The notes under the pieces: generated by a model | Database searches by the model: none | Told to the model about the DNA's origin: nothing | What the model saw: only the letters and a program-made list of their open reading frames with translations | Origin: Lentisphaerota bacterium | GTDB lineage: Bacteria > Verrucomicrobiota > Lentisphaeria > Victivallales > UBA1829 | NCBI GenBank assembly: GCA_015061845.1 | Contig: SUVT01000001.1 | Location: 10,953-74,952 of the forward strand | Length of the DNA stretch: 64,000 nucleotides | Reading direction: 5' to 3' | Shown: positions 1 to 10,056 of the stretch, one piece after another | How positions within the stretch are numbered: the first letter of the stretch is position 1 | Layout of the letters: every line of letters starts with the position of its first letter | Position numbers and translations under genes: made by a program

Positions 1-726
1 GTGAATCTGCTTCTTCCCATATTGCAAATCCCGACTGAAATCTGTTACGCTCAAATTCAATTTTCCGGCAAGCTCTTTCAGCTCTTGCTGATGTCCGATA
101 TCATCCGGACCGGCAATCACAATCCGCCAGCCGGCACGTTGTTCTTTGGAAAGCAATGACCACGCATTGAACAGATTTTCCAAACCTTTTACCGGATGAA
201 TCCGACTCAAAAAAAGTAAAACTTTTTCTTTCATGCCCCTGTTTTCATCAGGAAAGTTTACTCCTAAGGGAGCTGTAATCACGTTTTGTTTCAAACAAAT
301 CCGGGAAATATCTTTTTTTTCAGCTGTAGCAGTGACGTGGAAAGCCTTTGCTTTTTTCAAATCATTATATTGGTAAAGCAGCATCGCTGGAATTTTCTTC
401 CACCACTTAAATTTCAACGCCCACGGGGTCAAAGCTCCATGAGGAGACAATACATACGGAATATTCTTTTTTCTGCACCAGACCGCCATCCGATGCACAT
501 AGAGATTCCAAATACAATGCAAATGAACGATATCAGGCGTAAAATCAACTCTTTCCGGATCGTCCAATAATTGTACATTCAAATTTCCTGTTGGATAACC
601 GCAAGTCATGGTAGTTACGATACAAACATCATGCCCGGCATCAGCCTGCGCCTTTGCGATTTCCATAACAAAACAGGAAACTCCGCAAGTCTCCTGAATC
701 CCGGCTGTTACATGAAGTATTTTCAT
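1..726 (-). CDS. GT4 family glycosyltransferase (3'-truncated by window edge)
   Basis: Not in the ORF track. ATG at 726-724 overlaps the TGA of the upstream gene (ATGA). Reads MKILHVTAGIQETCGVS... and later FLSRIHPVKGLENL, typical GT4 motifs. Confidence 0.8.
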   Translation of the reverse strand, partial: MKILHVTAGIQETCGVSCFVMEIAKAQADAGHDVCIVTTMTCGYPTGNLNVQLLDDPERVDFTPDIVHLHCIWNLYVHRMAVWCRKKNIPYVLSPHGALTPWALKFKWWKKIPAMLLYQYNDLKKAKAFHVTATAEKKDISRICLKQNVITAPLGVNFPDENRGMKEKVLLFLSRIHPVKGLENLFNAWSLLSKEQRAGWRIVIAGPDDIGHQQELKELAGKLNLSVTDFSRDLQYGKKQIH

Positions 727-1280
727 TCTTTTATCCACGCCCTGCAATCTTCCAGTAATTTTACAGCCGCATTTTCCGGACTCCAAATCTCACGAATCGT
801 CTGCAGTGCATTTTTTCGGATCTCCTGATCCTTACCAGTTTTTTTCAAATTCCAGATCTGTTCAAGAATACATTCCAATTCTTTCACATTTTCTGAATGA
901 TAAAGAAAACCGTTTTTACCATGCTCGATCATGGTCGCAGAACTTCCGGCTTCAAAAGTTCCGACAGGAATCATGCCTTCATTCATTGCTTCATTGAGAG
1001 CAGCCCCCCAGCCTTCCCCGCCATCACTGGAAAGAACATAAACATCATTGGATTGCATAACTTTTCTGACTTGGTCAATCGGAATTGGATCATGCAAAAA
1101 AACGGGATGCCCCAAACTCAATTTTTCAAGTTTATTCTGTTCCGGACCATGACCATATAAATGCAGTTTCATGGACAATTTCTGAGAACTATTATTGAAA
1201 GCCCGAACTAAAATATCCACACGCTTCCAATCAAGCATTCTGCCAACCCATAGAATTTTTAATGTGCAATCATTTTGCAT
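723..1280 (-). CDS. GT4 glycosyltransferase, C-terminal (Glycos_transf_1) domain only
   Basis: ILWVGRMLDWKRVD and EGWGAALNEAM (EX7E) motifs; only 185 aa. Confidence 0.8.
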   Translation of the reverse strand: MQNDCTLKILWVGRMLDWKRVDILVRAFNNSSQKLSMKLHLYGHGPEQNKLEKLSLGHPVFLHDPIPIDQVRKVMQSNDVYVLSSDGGEGWGAALNEAMNEGMIPVGTFEAGSSATMIEHGKNGFLYHSENVKELECILEQIWNLKKTGKDQEIRKNALQTIREIWSPENAAVKLLEDCRAWIKE

Positions 1281-2010
1281 GAGACAGATCTTTCAAATAA
1301 TGCATCTTTACATATCTGGAAGCAAACGGGGTCAGCCCGCCATAAACGACTGAGGTCAATTCATCGGCAGAATAAAATTGAACAAGATTCCTTCTTACCA
1401 CCCCGGGAAACAGTTGATCATAATAATCACCGGGAACGGAAGAATACATCTTTGTATATCCGGCATTTCGACAACTGTTCAAAACCTCATCAGAAAAATA
1501 TCCGACAGGAAAACAAATTTCATTTACCTCATGCCCCAGCATATCTTCCAAATAAATCTTGGAATCTTTTACTTCGTGTTCCAATTCAGCGGAATTAAAA
1601 TCTGTTAGAACTTTATGAGACCAGCAGTGAGATTGAAAAATTACGCCATCAGCGTCCAATGTTGTTATCTCATCTTTCGTAAGATAACCCGGTTTTCCGA
1701 TCAGTTCTACAGCAATAAAAACTGTGGGTCTCCAATTTTGCTTCAAAATGTAATCCCGGCAATCCCAAAGTCCGCGAAATCCATCATCAAAGCAAATCTG
1801 AATTTCTTTTTTCGGATTTTTAATTTCTGTTACTATTTGAAAACCAAGTTGTTCCGCAGTTTTCACATGTTTCTGAAACGCTGTTAAGGACGTCGCCATA
1901 TCTGTATGAACAGTCTTATCTGAAATATCATGATAAAAAATAATTTTACTTGCTTCAGATCGACAAAGGAATCCGGCGCATTTCAACAACATTTTTTTTA
2001 CAAACTGCAT
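1270..2010 (-). CDS. Polysaccharide deacetylase (NodB/CE4 family)
   Basis: IIFYHD, ICFDDG, QSHCWSH and CFPVG motifs. Confidence 0.88.
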   Translation of the reverse strand: MQFVKKMLLKCAGFLCRSEASKIIFYHDISDKTVHTDMATSLTAFQKHVKTAEQLGFQIVTEIKNPKKEIQICFDDGFRGLWDCRDYILKQNWRPTVFIAVELIGKPGYLTKDEITTLDADGVIFQSHCWSHKVLTDFNSAELEHEVKDSKIYLEDMLGHEVNEICFPVGYFSDEVLNSCRNAGYTKMYSSVPGDYYDQLFPGVVRRNLVQFYSADELTSVVYGGLTPFASRYVKMHYLKDLSHAK

Positions 2011-2723
2011 TATTGCTCCAGTTTTTCATTAAAGTGATTTGATGACTGAACGAAATATCCCCAGATTTTAATTTTCTTCAAAAGGTCTGTATTTTCTATT
2101 TTATCCAAACGATCTTTCGGAAGAGAAATAAATCCATTTTTACGACAGCCTTTGATCTGTTCTTCACTGCAAACACCAGCCTTAACAGCATCTTCTAAAA
2201 GAGCAACCATTCCACCCGGTTCAGAATCAAAAATCAAGTTGGGCGAAATAAAGAAATATTTCATTTTTCCCTTAAGAAGAAGTATAAGCCGGATCATATC
2301 ACGGGCCGCATGAATTCCTTGAGGATAGTAAAAGAACAAAGGAGAATCAAATATTTTTGCAAATCTTTTTACCATACGGAAATAGGAAGGGGAAAAAAAA
2401 CGCAAAAAACCAACAGGCGGCTTGAACCAGCGTTCTGAAACATAAAATGTCACTTTTCCGGCAACTATTCGTTTTTCAAACAAATCTAACGCTCGCAATT
2501 CAGAAAATACGATATCTGCTTCCATCAAAAAAGGATCATCAACAGAACTCTGCACACACCACTGATCATCAGAAGCATCGTTCCATCCAAGCTGAACACG
2601 TTCTGACTCCAAAGGTTCCGTATAAATATAACGATAGGAATCGGCTCCGAGTTTTTTCACCAATTCTTTCGCAAGCGGAAGTTGATGTGGAGAAATTACG
2701 TTTGTTAAAAGAGCAACTTTCAT
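2010..2723 (-). CDS. Probable GT4 N-terminal domain (partner of 723..1280)
   Basis: MKVALLTNVISPHQLPL Rossmann-like start, SERWFK, ends near WGYFV; no EX7E motif. Confidence 0.6.
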   Translation of the reverse strand: MKVALLTNVISPHQLPLAKELVKKLGADSYRYIYTEPLESERVQLGWNDASDDQWCVQSSVDDPFLMEADIVFSELRALDLFEKRIVAGKVTFYVSERWFKPPVGFLRFFSPSYFRMVKRFAKIFDSPLFFYYPQGIHAARDMIRLILLLKGKMKYFFISPNLIFDSEPGGMVALLEDAVKAGVCSEEQIKGCRKNGFISLPKDRLDKIENTDLLKKIKIWGYFVQSSNHFNEKLEQ

Positions 2724-3211
2724 TTCAAAACCTTTGCAGGCACACCGACAGCAGTTATGCCACCGGGCAAATCTTTATTGACAACAGCACCTGCACCGAT
2801 GATCGTCATATTTCCAACCGTCACCCCCGGCAGGATCGTCGTTCTGGCACAAAGCCAACAGCCATCGCCGATTTTGATATCTTTATTCAAACCTTCACCT
2901 GCACAACGTTCTTTATCAAACTGCGGAACATGAGTTCCCGTTCCAAGATAAACCATGGGCGCAACATCAACATTTTTCCCGATTTCGATTTTAGAAGAAG
3001 CCATGATCAAACAATGCTGTCCTATCCAAGTATCATCACCAATGATGAGTTCTCCGCAGCCGAGAACTGTTGCAGAAGAACATATCCGGACATTTTGTCC
3101 GACTTCAGCCCCAGCCCAGCGCAGAAAACGCCGTTTCAAACCGAAACAGGATGTTTCCGGCATAAGATTTGTCAGCAACCGGTAAAGATATAATTTTTTC
3201 GGAGATAACAT
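2720..3211 (-). CDS. Hexapeptide-repeat (LbH) sugar O-acetyltransferase
   Basis: IGDDTWIG, IGDGCWL, ILPGVTVG and AVGVPAK motifs. Confidence 0.9.
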   Translation of the reverse strand: MLSPKKLYLYRLLTNLMPETSCFGLKRRFLRWAGAEVGQNVRICSSATVLGCGELIIGDDTWIGQHCLIMASSKIEIGKNVDVAPMVYLGTGTHVPQFDKERCAGEGLNKDIKIGDGCWLCARTTILPGVTVGNMTIIGAGAVVNKDLPGGITAVGVPAKVLK

Positions 3212-3212
3212 A

Positions 3213-4196
3213 TTATTTCTTTTCTTTCAGGATTTTTTCCATTTCCGGATAGAGAATATCTGCCATTTTTTTCTGTCCTTCCGGACCATAATGGATCGGA
3301 TCTCTGAACCAGGAAGAATCCAATCCATTGTTCAAATCGCAATAGAACGGAATTTTGTTTTCCTTTGCAAAGGAAACGATTTCTTCGCCCGAAGATTCCA
3401 GTTTGTTTGCTTTCAACTCATTTTGATTTGCATGCAGATAAATATACAACGGGATTTTATGCTTCTTTGCATAATCCAATATTGCAGCATATCCGGGATT
3501 GAATTTATCAGAAGCCTGCTCTATGTGGTGCTGCCTACGGAAATCTTCGTCTATTTCATCTTTGGTTTTGTGAAACAGAGACATATCGACATTCAGATAC
3601 CGATCCAGAAGTTCGACAATTGCAAGTTTATACTGTTTATTGGGATAGTATTTCAATTTCCCCACAACCGGGACAAAGGTCATAGTATCTCTGGCATCAT
3701 GAGAACTGGTAATCAGGAAAATTGCGTTTGCACCGAAATGCCCATGTTTCTTCAAATATGCTGCACAATTATCCGGTCCCCAGGAACCGGCGGACACATT
3801 CAAAACCTGAATATCTTTTTTTAGAGAAGCTGAAAGTTTTTCACTCAATAAAGTCGTCGCAAGATTTGAATGATCTGTAAGTGCGCCACCGTTTAGAATG
3901 GAATCTCCAATACACAATATTCTCAGGCTGTCATCTCTCAAATCATCAGACCGCATGGAATGACTGTTGTATTTTATGAGATTTCCAAAGCGTTTTCTGT
4001 TTTGATCCGGCTGTGCGATATATTCGTAATCCGGGTCTGATCTCATCAGAACCGCATCACATAAACCGTAATGCCACCGTAAGAAAAGTTCCAGTCCAAT
4101 CAATCCAAGGAGAAGAACGCCAAGACTTATCAGAAAAATCTTACAGATAAGAACTTTCTTACTTTGCAGTTTCTGTTTCAGGTACTGCCAATTCAT
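3213..4196 (-). CDS. Membrane-anchored SGNH/GDSL-family hydrolase/acetyltransferase
   Basis: N-terminal TM helix, IGDSI block I, DPIH catalytic motif. Confidence 0.75.
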   Translation of the reverse strand: MNWQYLKQKLQSKKVLICKIFLISLGVLLLGLIGLELFLRWHYGLCDAVLMRSDPDYEYIAQPDQNRKRFGNLIKYNSHSMRSDDLRDDSLRILCIGDSILNGGALTDHSNLATTLLSEKLSASLKKDIQVLNVSAGSWGPDNCAAYLKKHGHFGANAIFLITSSHDARDTMTFVPVVGKLKYYPNKQYKLAIVELLDRYLNVDMSLFHKTKDEIDEDFRRQHHIEQASDKFNPGYAAILDYAKKHKIPLYIYLHANQNELKANKLESSGEEIVSFAKENKIPFYCDLNNGLDSSWFRDPIHYGPEGQKKMADILYPEMEKILKEKK

Positions 4197-5421
4197 TGTT
4201 CACACTCTGCGGCTCAAGATAACGGTATATTCCAAGAGAAATACCTATTACCAGCCAGAAATACAGATAGGTAAAGTCTCCGGCTGCTGTAATATGGGCT
4301 TCACCATTCATATAAACAGCCCAGAAAACGACCTGCGAAATCAGCAAAACTGAATCACTCCGCTTTCGTTCTTTGATATCACTCCGGAGCTGCATAAATG
4401 AAATTCCAACAAGCCCCAACAGAGCCAGGAAAGAGAAGATCCCCATAGAACTGAATGCAAATAACCAGGCATTTCCGGGTTCAATCCGACCATCCGACTC
4501 AATGAATTCAGCACTGACTGAATGGCTGCCGATTCCAAAAATCGGTGATTTCTCAATTTCTGTGAACCGGGCATTCCATAAATCTTCTCTTGACTGCAGT
4601 GTTTGTTCCATATCAAAACCATCTTTCTGTTTATTCATGATACCATCCAGCATTCCGCCGGCAATAAAAGAGATAATACAGAGAACAATTCCAAAAAATA
4701 TGATATTCTTTATGATAACATTACCCTTTCCGGCAATCTGATAGGTCAAATAGGTGAATACAGCTATCATTACAGCAACTAAAGAGGTTCTGGAACTTGC
4801 AAAGAGAAGGACTGCCAAAGCGACAACAGCGCAAAATCCCATAATTCTTTTTTGCATTAGTTTATCACCATGAACACTTTCATGCAAACAATTCAAGCAG
4901 ACAAGAGCTGCAAGTGGAGCAAGGATCATGGAATGAGCAAAACACCCCAGATAATAACCATTGTTATCTGAAGGCAGGAATCCACCAATTCGTCCAAGGA
5001 ATGAGAACATGATCATTACAAACAGACATTTATTCAGAGCCTTCCAGATATAAAGGCGCAATTCAATCAGCTGTTTGCACAGAAGCCACGGTCCAAGAGC
5101 GAGCATAACGCCGCAAAACGCAATTGTCCGCTCCTCTGCTTGAAAAATCGCAGGCAATGTATCATAATTAAAAAGAATACTCAACCACATCACCAGCCAG
5201 AAAATCCACATTCCGACACTGATTGAAATCGGCTTTCCGATATTTGTTGTTATTAACAAAATATTCAATCCAATCATTACTGCATAATATACCATCTGCG
5301 GCAAATTGGGTGTGAATATAAATATTTGATTTACAGCACACAAAACCAGCATCCAAGCCAAAAACTTGCTTGTGCTGTTTAAGGAGCCTGATGTTGATTG
5401 AGTTAACAAGCTGTTTTCCAT
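4159..5421 (-). CDS. O-antigen ligase/Wzy-like polytopic membrane protein
   Basis: About 10 hydrophobic segments; SSRTS, SREDLW and SPIFGIG motifs of the Wzy_C/WaaL family. Confidence 0.78.
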   Translation of the reverse strand: MENSLLTQSTSGSLNSTSKFLAWMLVLCAVNQIFIFTPNLPQMVYYAVMIGLNILLITTNIGKPISISVGMWIFWLVMWLSILFNYDTLPAIFQAEERTIAFCGVMLALGPWLLCKQLIELRLYIWKALNKCLFVMIMFSFLGRIGGFLPSDNNGYYLGCFAHSMILAPLAALVCLNCLHESVHGDKLMQKRIMGFCAVVALAVLLFASSRTSLVAVMIAVFTYLTYQIAGKGNVIIKNIIFFGIVLCIISFIAGGMLDGIMNKQKDGFDMEQTLQSREDLWNARFTEIEKSPIFGIGSHSVSAEFIESDGRIEPGNAWLFAFSSMGIFSFLALLGLVGISFMQLRSDIKERKRSDSVLLISQVVFWAVYMNGEAHITAAGDFTYLYFWLVIGISLGIYRYLEPQSVNNELAVPETETAK

Positions 5422-5455
5422 ATTTTATCTCCTAAAGACTTCTACAATCAGAGAT

Positions 5456-6601
5456 TTATTGTTGATTGACACTTCCGATATATACTTTTTGCAATTTTTC
5501 TATGACAACCGGCATTGAAAAATGTTTTTTGCATACGGTATATGCTCTCTCTGCTAATGCAGCCCCGGTCTTTTGGTTCAGCATTTCTATAATCATTTGT
5601 GCCATTTTCTCACATTCGCCGGCATCAACACAAATACCGATGGGACCTTCCGTCCGGTGGATCTCAGCAATATCCTTCATGCCGCCATTCGTTTCCATAA
5701 ATGCAACCGGAATCTTGTTTGCCATAGCCTCCAGCAACGCCGTCGGAAGTCCTTCTGTAACAGAAGTCATTACAAAACAATCAAAATCTTTCACCAGTTC
5801 CGGAGCATCTTTCCGGTATCCCATCCAGTGGAAACGTTCTGAAACATTATATTTGGAGACAATCTCTTCCAAACTTTTCATATTCTCTTCACTACTCCCG
5901 CAAACTACGGCATGAGCAGTCGGCATGGAAGACAAAACCATGCACATAACTTCCGTAAACGCTTCAGGATCTTTTGGCGCTGAAATTCTGCAAGCAGTTC
6001 CGATGACAGGAGAATCCTCTGAAATCTCCAATATCTTATGAAGAGAATTTTTGTGAGGCAACACCTCTTGGAATTCCATCGGATTGTAAATATAAACGGA
6101 ATCCTTATCTCCGTGATAAAAATCCTGAACGCCTCGGGATATATATATCGTTTTCTTCGTCTTAACAGAAAACAAATGATAGAGCGATCTTTCTATCTTT
6201 TGTTTCAGAGTAACAGGCTTTGCGAATTTCCCACCTAAATGCTCCATGGTTATTCCGTGGACTGTACCGACTATCGGAATACCCCGTCTGAAAAGGCTCA
6301 AATAAACCCGTTCCATCAATGCCATCACATGAGAATGAATCATATCCGGTTTGAAATCTTTTATGACCTTACGGAAATTCCAGAAAATCTTGAAAGAATG
6401 CCCGGAAGTACCATTCAGGTGATAAACCCGAACGCCTGCAGATTCCAGAGAAGTTGTCAAATCGCCCGGAGGCATAGCGATGCAAACAGCAATCTCTATC
6501 CCAAGTTCCGGATGTTTTACAAAATATGCAGAAATATTCAGGATATGCCTTGCAATACCATCTGCAAGAGAATTATTTGTAATAAGATAAAGGATACGCA
6601 T
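5456..6601 (-). CDS. GT4 glycosyltransferase
   Basis: MRILYLI start, DMIHSH, EGLPTALLEAMA. Confidence 0.92.
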   Translation of the reverse strand: MRILYLITNNSLADGIARHILNISAYFVKHPELGIEIAVCIAMPPGDLTTSLESAGVRVYHLNGTSGHSFKIFWNFRKVIKDFKPDMIHSHVMALMERVYLSLFRRGIPIVGTVHGITMEHLGGKFAKPVTLKQKIERSLYHLFSVKTKKTIYISRGVQDFYHGDKDSVYIYNPMEFQEVLPHKNSLHKILEISEDSPVIGTACRISAPKDPEAFTEVMCMVLSSMPTAHAVVCGSSEENMKSLEEIVSKYNVSERFHWMGYRKDAPELVKDFDCFVMTSVTEGLPTALLEAMANKIPVAFMETNGGMKDIAEIHRTEGPIGICVDAGECEKMAQMIIEMLNQKTGAALAERAYTVCKKHFSMPVVIEKLQKVYIGSVNQQ

Positions 6602-6604
6602 TTT

Positions 6605-7813
6605 TTATCTGGTTTTTAACTTCTTTTCTATAGCAGAAACAAACGCTGATACCACAGACTTTCCCTCAAAGAGTTTCTGGATATTACACCGGTCAGGAAT
6701 TGTCTTATTTTCAAGAGTTTTTTCCATAACATCAGCTAACGAACCAATCTCTTCTACATCTGCAAAGCCGATTCCCGCCTCCGGGAATTCCTGACTCAAT
6801 TGGTACATCCAACTGTCTTTCCGGGCAAACACAACGATCGGTCGATCCGTAAAAAGAAGATAAACAAATTTTGATGGAATAAATGGAGTATAACCATAAT
6901 TGACTTTCAAATCAGCCACAAGATTAACATCTGCAGCCAGAAAAATAGAAGATGCCATTCGGGGACTGTTCAACTGTACATGCTTGAAATCAATTCCGGA
7001 GTCCTCCATCAGTTTTTTATCTCTATCCAGAATCCCGCCTGCCTGAAGAAAACCAGGAGTAATTCCCCGTTTTGCAAGAATTTCAAATTCACGGACAATT
7101 TCTTGGGAATAACGTCCGTCATAACAATTCCCTGTATGCGCAACAAATTTCTTTCCCACAAACGGATTGCCCCATTCCCCGGCTTTCAGAAACGGATCGC
7201 CGATGTGCGGAACGAGAATAAATTTATTACGGTCTATTTTTCCGAACTTTTCTTCAAAGAAACGCAACACCTCATTACAGGTAATTGTACAAAAATCAGA
7301 ATCAAACAGAAAACGTCTTGTCCAACGGTAAGTAAATTGATTCATGATTTTTCCCAAAAATCCGCCTTTAAGATAGTTGGGGAATGGATCACTGAAGTGG
7401 TTGATCCACATTGCTGCATCTTTACGGCAATGCCATGCAATGATCCCGGAGGCAGCCGGGCACATCCGGGAAATCAGAATCGGATTTTCATATTGTTTCA
7501 AAACATTGCGAAGAGTTTTTATACAGGCAGAATAATCAATAGCATCCCACTCCGGAGTTTGATAAACGATCCGGGGAAGATAACATTTTTTACCTTTCCG
7601 GCTGGGAATACGGGTAATATTTCTGACTGCAGGAATCAACTCCTGAACAACATCCTCCGGCAATTGCCGGGGATGTTCCATCGTCACAACATGAACATTG
7701 TGTCCGTTTTCAGCCAGCGCATTGACAAAACGAGCCGTACAAAATGCTTCCGCATCATTCAACGGAAGAAAATTATAGGAAAAAATTACAAAATTCACAA
7801 AACAATCTCCCAA
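6605..7813 (-). CDS. GT-B-fold glycosyltransferase-like protein
   Basis: GHNVHVVT, HFSDP, FIPSKFVYLLFTDRPI motifs. Confidence 0.65.
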   Translation of the reverse strand: MGDCFVNFVIFSYNFLPLNDAEAFCTARFVNALAENGHNVHVVTMEHPRQLPEDVVQELIPAVRNITRIPSRKGKKCYLPRIVYQTPEWDAIDYSACIKTLRNVLKQYENPILISRMCPAASGIIAWHCRKDAAMWINHFSDPFPNYLKGGFLGKIMNQFTYRWTRRFLFDSDFCTITCNEVLRFFEEKFGKIDRNKFILVPHIGDPFLKAGEWGNPFVGKKFVAHTGNCYDGRYSQEIVREFEILAKRGITPGFLQAGGILDRDKKLMEDSGIDFKHVQLNSPRMASSIFLAADVNLVADLKVNYGYTPFIPSKFVYLLFTDRPIVVFARKDSWMYQLSQEFPEAGIGFADVEEIGSLADVMEKTLENKTIPDRCNIQKLFEGKSVVSAFVSAIEKKLKTR

Positions 7814-7819
7814 TATTTT

Positions 7820-8893
7820 TTAACGTCCGCCTATTAAGAACTTATATGTTTTAGGACAGATGCGTTCAAAAATTTTTGAAATAAAAATACAAAGTGTAAG
7901 TGTTAACAAAAAAGAAAGAATACAATTCAACAGCAATACAGTTCCGCTATCACAGAAGAAAAATCGACTGAATGATCTGAAATATCCCAATACAGGTTGA
8001 TGTAAACAATAGATAAAAAATGTCATCGGAATATATTTCACAATACGGTCAGCCTGTTTACTGCATACATCATATAGTCCTGCCCAAAAAATTATTGCGC
8101 AATAAACTTTCCATGGATAGGATAGAATCCAATATGGTTTCAGAATGGATATGTGTACCATAGATTCATACACCGCAAACAAAACATAACAGGTTCCGCA
8201 CAATATACATAGCCAAACAGGAATCCGTTTTTCCCAAAAATCAATTTTTGCAGCAGCCATCCCTATTATGAAATAGGGAATTGCCCAAAGCCTCAATTCA
8301 AAATCTCCAAACTTATAAGCACTTTTGAAAAATACTATCAGTATAAGGGCTATAATAACTTCCAAAATTGGAAGTTTACTGCTCTTGTATACCAACATAA
8401 AAAGAGGTGAAATCAAAAACAATAAAAGTAATACCCGTACATACCAGAGAGGTCCATTATCAATCGGACCAGTTTCTACTATTCCAAAAATTTGATCAAT
8501 GCATCCGAAAAAAGTATAATTCCCTTTTTCTACAAAACTGTTGGACCACAATGATTTTCCTTGTAATATGTTGCATGTTAACGTAAGAGGGATTGTCATT
8601 ACAGTTCCAATCAACGCCCAGCAAAAATAAGGAAACATTAAAGATTTTATTTTTTTACCCAAAAATCTTCTGTATGAATTTCGGTAAGAATATGTGAACA
8701 AAAAACCGGAAACCATAAAAAAACATGGAACAGCCCAAGCTGTCATTCTAGTCATCAAAAATTGGGCTGTAAAACTTGTCAGACGTGAAGTATTCGGCAA
8801 AAAAGCGATAGCATTAGAATGAATCCAAACGACTGTTAAGGTGGCTATAAGAGTGAGCCATTTTAATTTTGAACTGGTATAAGATGATATCAT
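7820..8893 (-). CDS. Acyltransferase_3 family membrane O-acyltransferase
   Basis: VVWIH, AVPCFFMVSGF, PLWYV and IYCLH motifs; polytopic. Confidence 0.85.
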   Translation of the reverse strand: MISSYTSSKLKWLTLIATLTVVWIHSNAIAFLPNTSRLTSFTAQFLMTRMTAWAVPCFFMVSGFLFTYSYRNSYRRFLGKKIKSLMFPYFCWALIGTVMTIPLTLTCNILQGKSLWSNSFVEKGNYTFFGCIDQIFGIVETGPIDNGPLWYVRVLLLLFLISPLFMLVYKSSKLPILEVIIALILIVFFKSAYKFGDFELRLWAIPYFIIGMAAAKIDFWEKRIPVWLCILCGTCYVLFAVYESMVHISILKPYWILSYPWKVYCAIIFWAGLYDVCSKQADRIVKYIPMTFFIYCLHQPVLGYFRSFSRFFFCDSGTVLLLNCILSFLLTLTLCIFISKIFERICPKTYKFLIGGR

Positions 8894-8895
8894 TT

Positions 8896-10023
8896 TTACC
8901 TCAACAATTCATCCACGATCCGCTCAACAGCATGACCATCGCCATACGGATTCATTGCCTGAGACATCTTTCTGTATGCGTTTTCATCCGACAGAAGTAA
9001 TGTTGCTTCATTTACAATATTATCATACTCTGCGCCTATCAGTTTGACTGTTCCAGCTATTACAGCTTCAGGTCGTTCTGTGGTATCGCGCATGACCAGA
9101 ACAGGCTTTCCAAGACTGGGAGCTTCTTCCTGAACGCCGCCGGAATCGGTCAAAATCAAATAAGACCGGCTCATCAATGCCACAAATGGCAGGTAACTCT
9201 GCGGTTCGATCAGGAAAACATTTTCCAGTTTTTCATTGGCGATGATCCGTTCTACCGGTTCCCGTACATTTGGATTCAAGTGGACAGGATAGATAAACAC
9301 ATTGTCCGGGAATCGTTTTCCAAGTTCCACAATAGCATTGCAAATATCTTCAAAACCTTTCCCGAAGTTCTCTCTCCGGTGTCCGGTAATCAAAACAAGC
9401 CGCCGATCACCGATAAAATCCAGCGACTCGCCGGGCAAACCGGGAATCGTGATTTTTTCCTCTTTCAGCTTTTCCAATGACCAGAAAAGAGTGTCGATAA
9501 CGGTATTACCAGTGATATAAATCTGTTCAGCAAGTACCCCTTCTTTCAGCAGATTATCCCGGTTCAACTTTGTCGGACAGAAATGCCAATGAGCCAAACG
9601 GGTCGTCAAAACGCGGTTAGCTTCTTCGGGCCACGGGGAAAGCATATTTCCTGTCCGCAATCCAGCCTCTACATGAGCGATTGGGATCTTGTGATAAAAC
9701 GCGGTTAAGGATGCAGCAAAAACAGTTGTTGTATCACCTTGAACGACAACAGCATCCGGCTTTTCGATCTGAAAATAGGCATCCAGTTTTTCGATTGCAC
9801 CGGCAGTCAGTGTTCCCAGACTCTGGTTCGGACGCATCAGTTCCAAATCCATATCAGGAATGAGCCCAAAAAGCTCCAGCACAGAATCCAGCATCTGGCG
9901 GTGCTGTCCTGTCACACAAAGCTTGCAATCAACCTTATCAGGCATTGCCTTCAATGCAAGCACCAATGGAGCCAATTTGATTGCTTCCGGGCGGGTTCCG
10001 AGAACTATGATTATTTTTTTCAT
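8896..10023 (-). CDS. wecB: UDP-N-acetylglucosamine 2-epimerase (non-hydrolysing)
   Basis: GTRPEAIK, TGQH, HVEAGLR, HRREN, TDSGGVQEEAP, PYGDG. Confidence 0.97.
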   Translation of the reverse strand: MKKIIIVLGTRPEAIKLAPLVLALKAMPDKVDCKLCVTGQHRQMLDSVLELFGLIPDMDLELMRPNQSLGTLTAGAIEKLDAYFQIEKPDAVVVQGDTTTVFAASLTAFYHKIPIAHVEAGLRTGNMLSPWPEEANRVLTTRLAHWHFCPTKLNRDNLLKEGVLAEQIYITGNTVIDTLFWSLEKLKEEKITIPGLPGESLDFIGDRRLVLITGHRRENFGKGFEDICNAIVELGKRFPDNVFIYPVHLNPNVREPVERIIANEKLENVFLIEPQSYLPFVALMSRSYLILTDSGGVQEEAPSLGKPVLVMRDTTERPEAVIAGTVKLIGAEYDNIVNEATLLLSDENAYRKMSQAMNPYGDGHAVERIVDELLR

Positions 10024-10056
10024 AAGTAAAACTCCTCTGTAGAATTCTCTTGAGAG

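Noticed and set aside
2389-2400. Homopolymer tracts (A8 here, similar T/A runs elsewhere) as phase-variation switches
   Set aside because: Expected in AT-rich DNA; frames are intact and no long G/C tracts occur in genes
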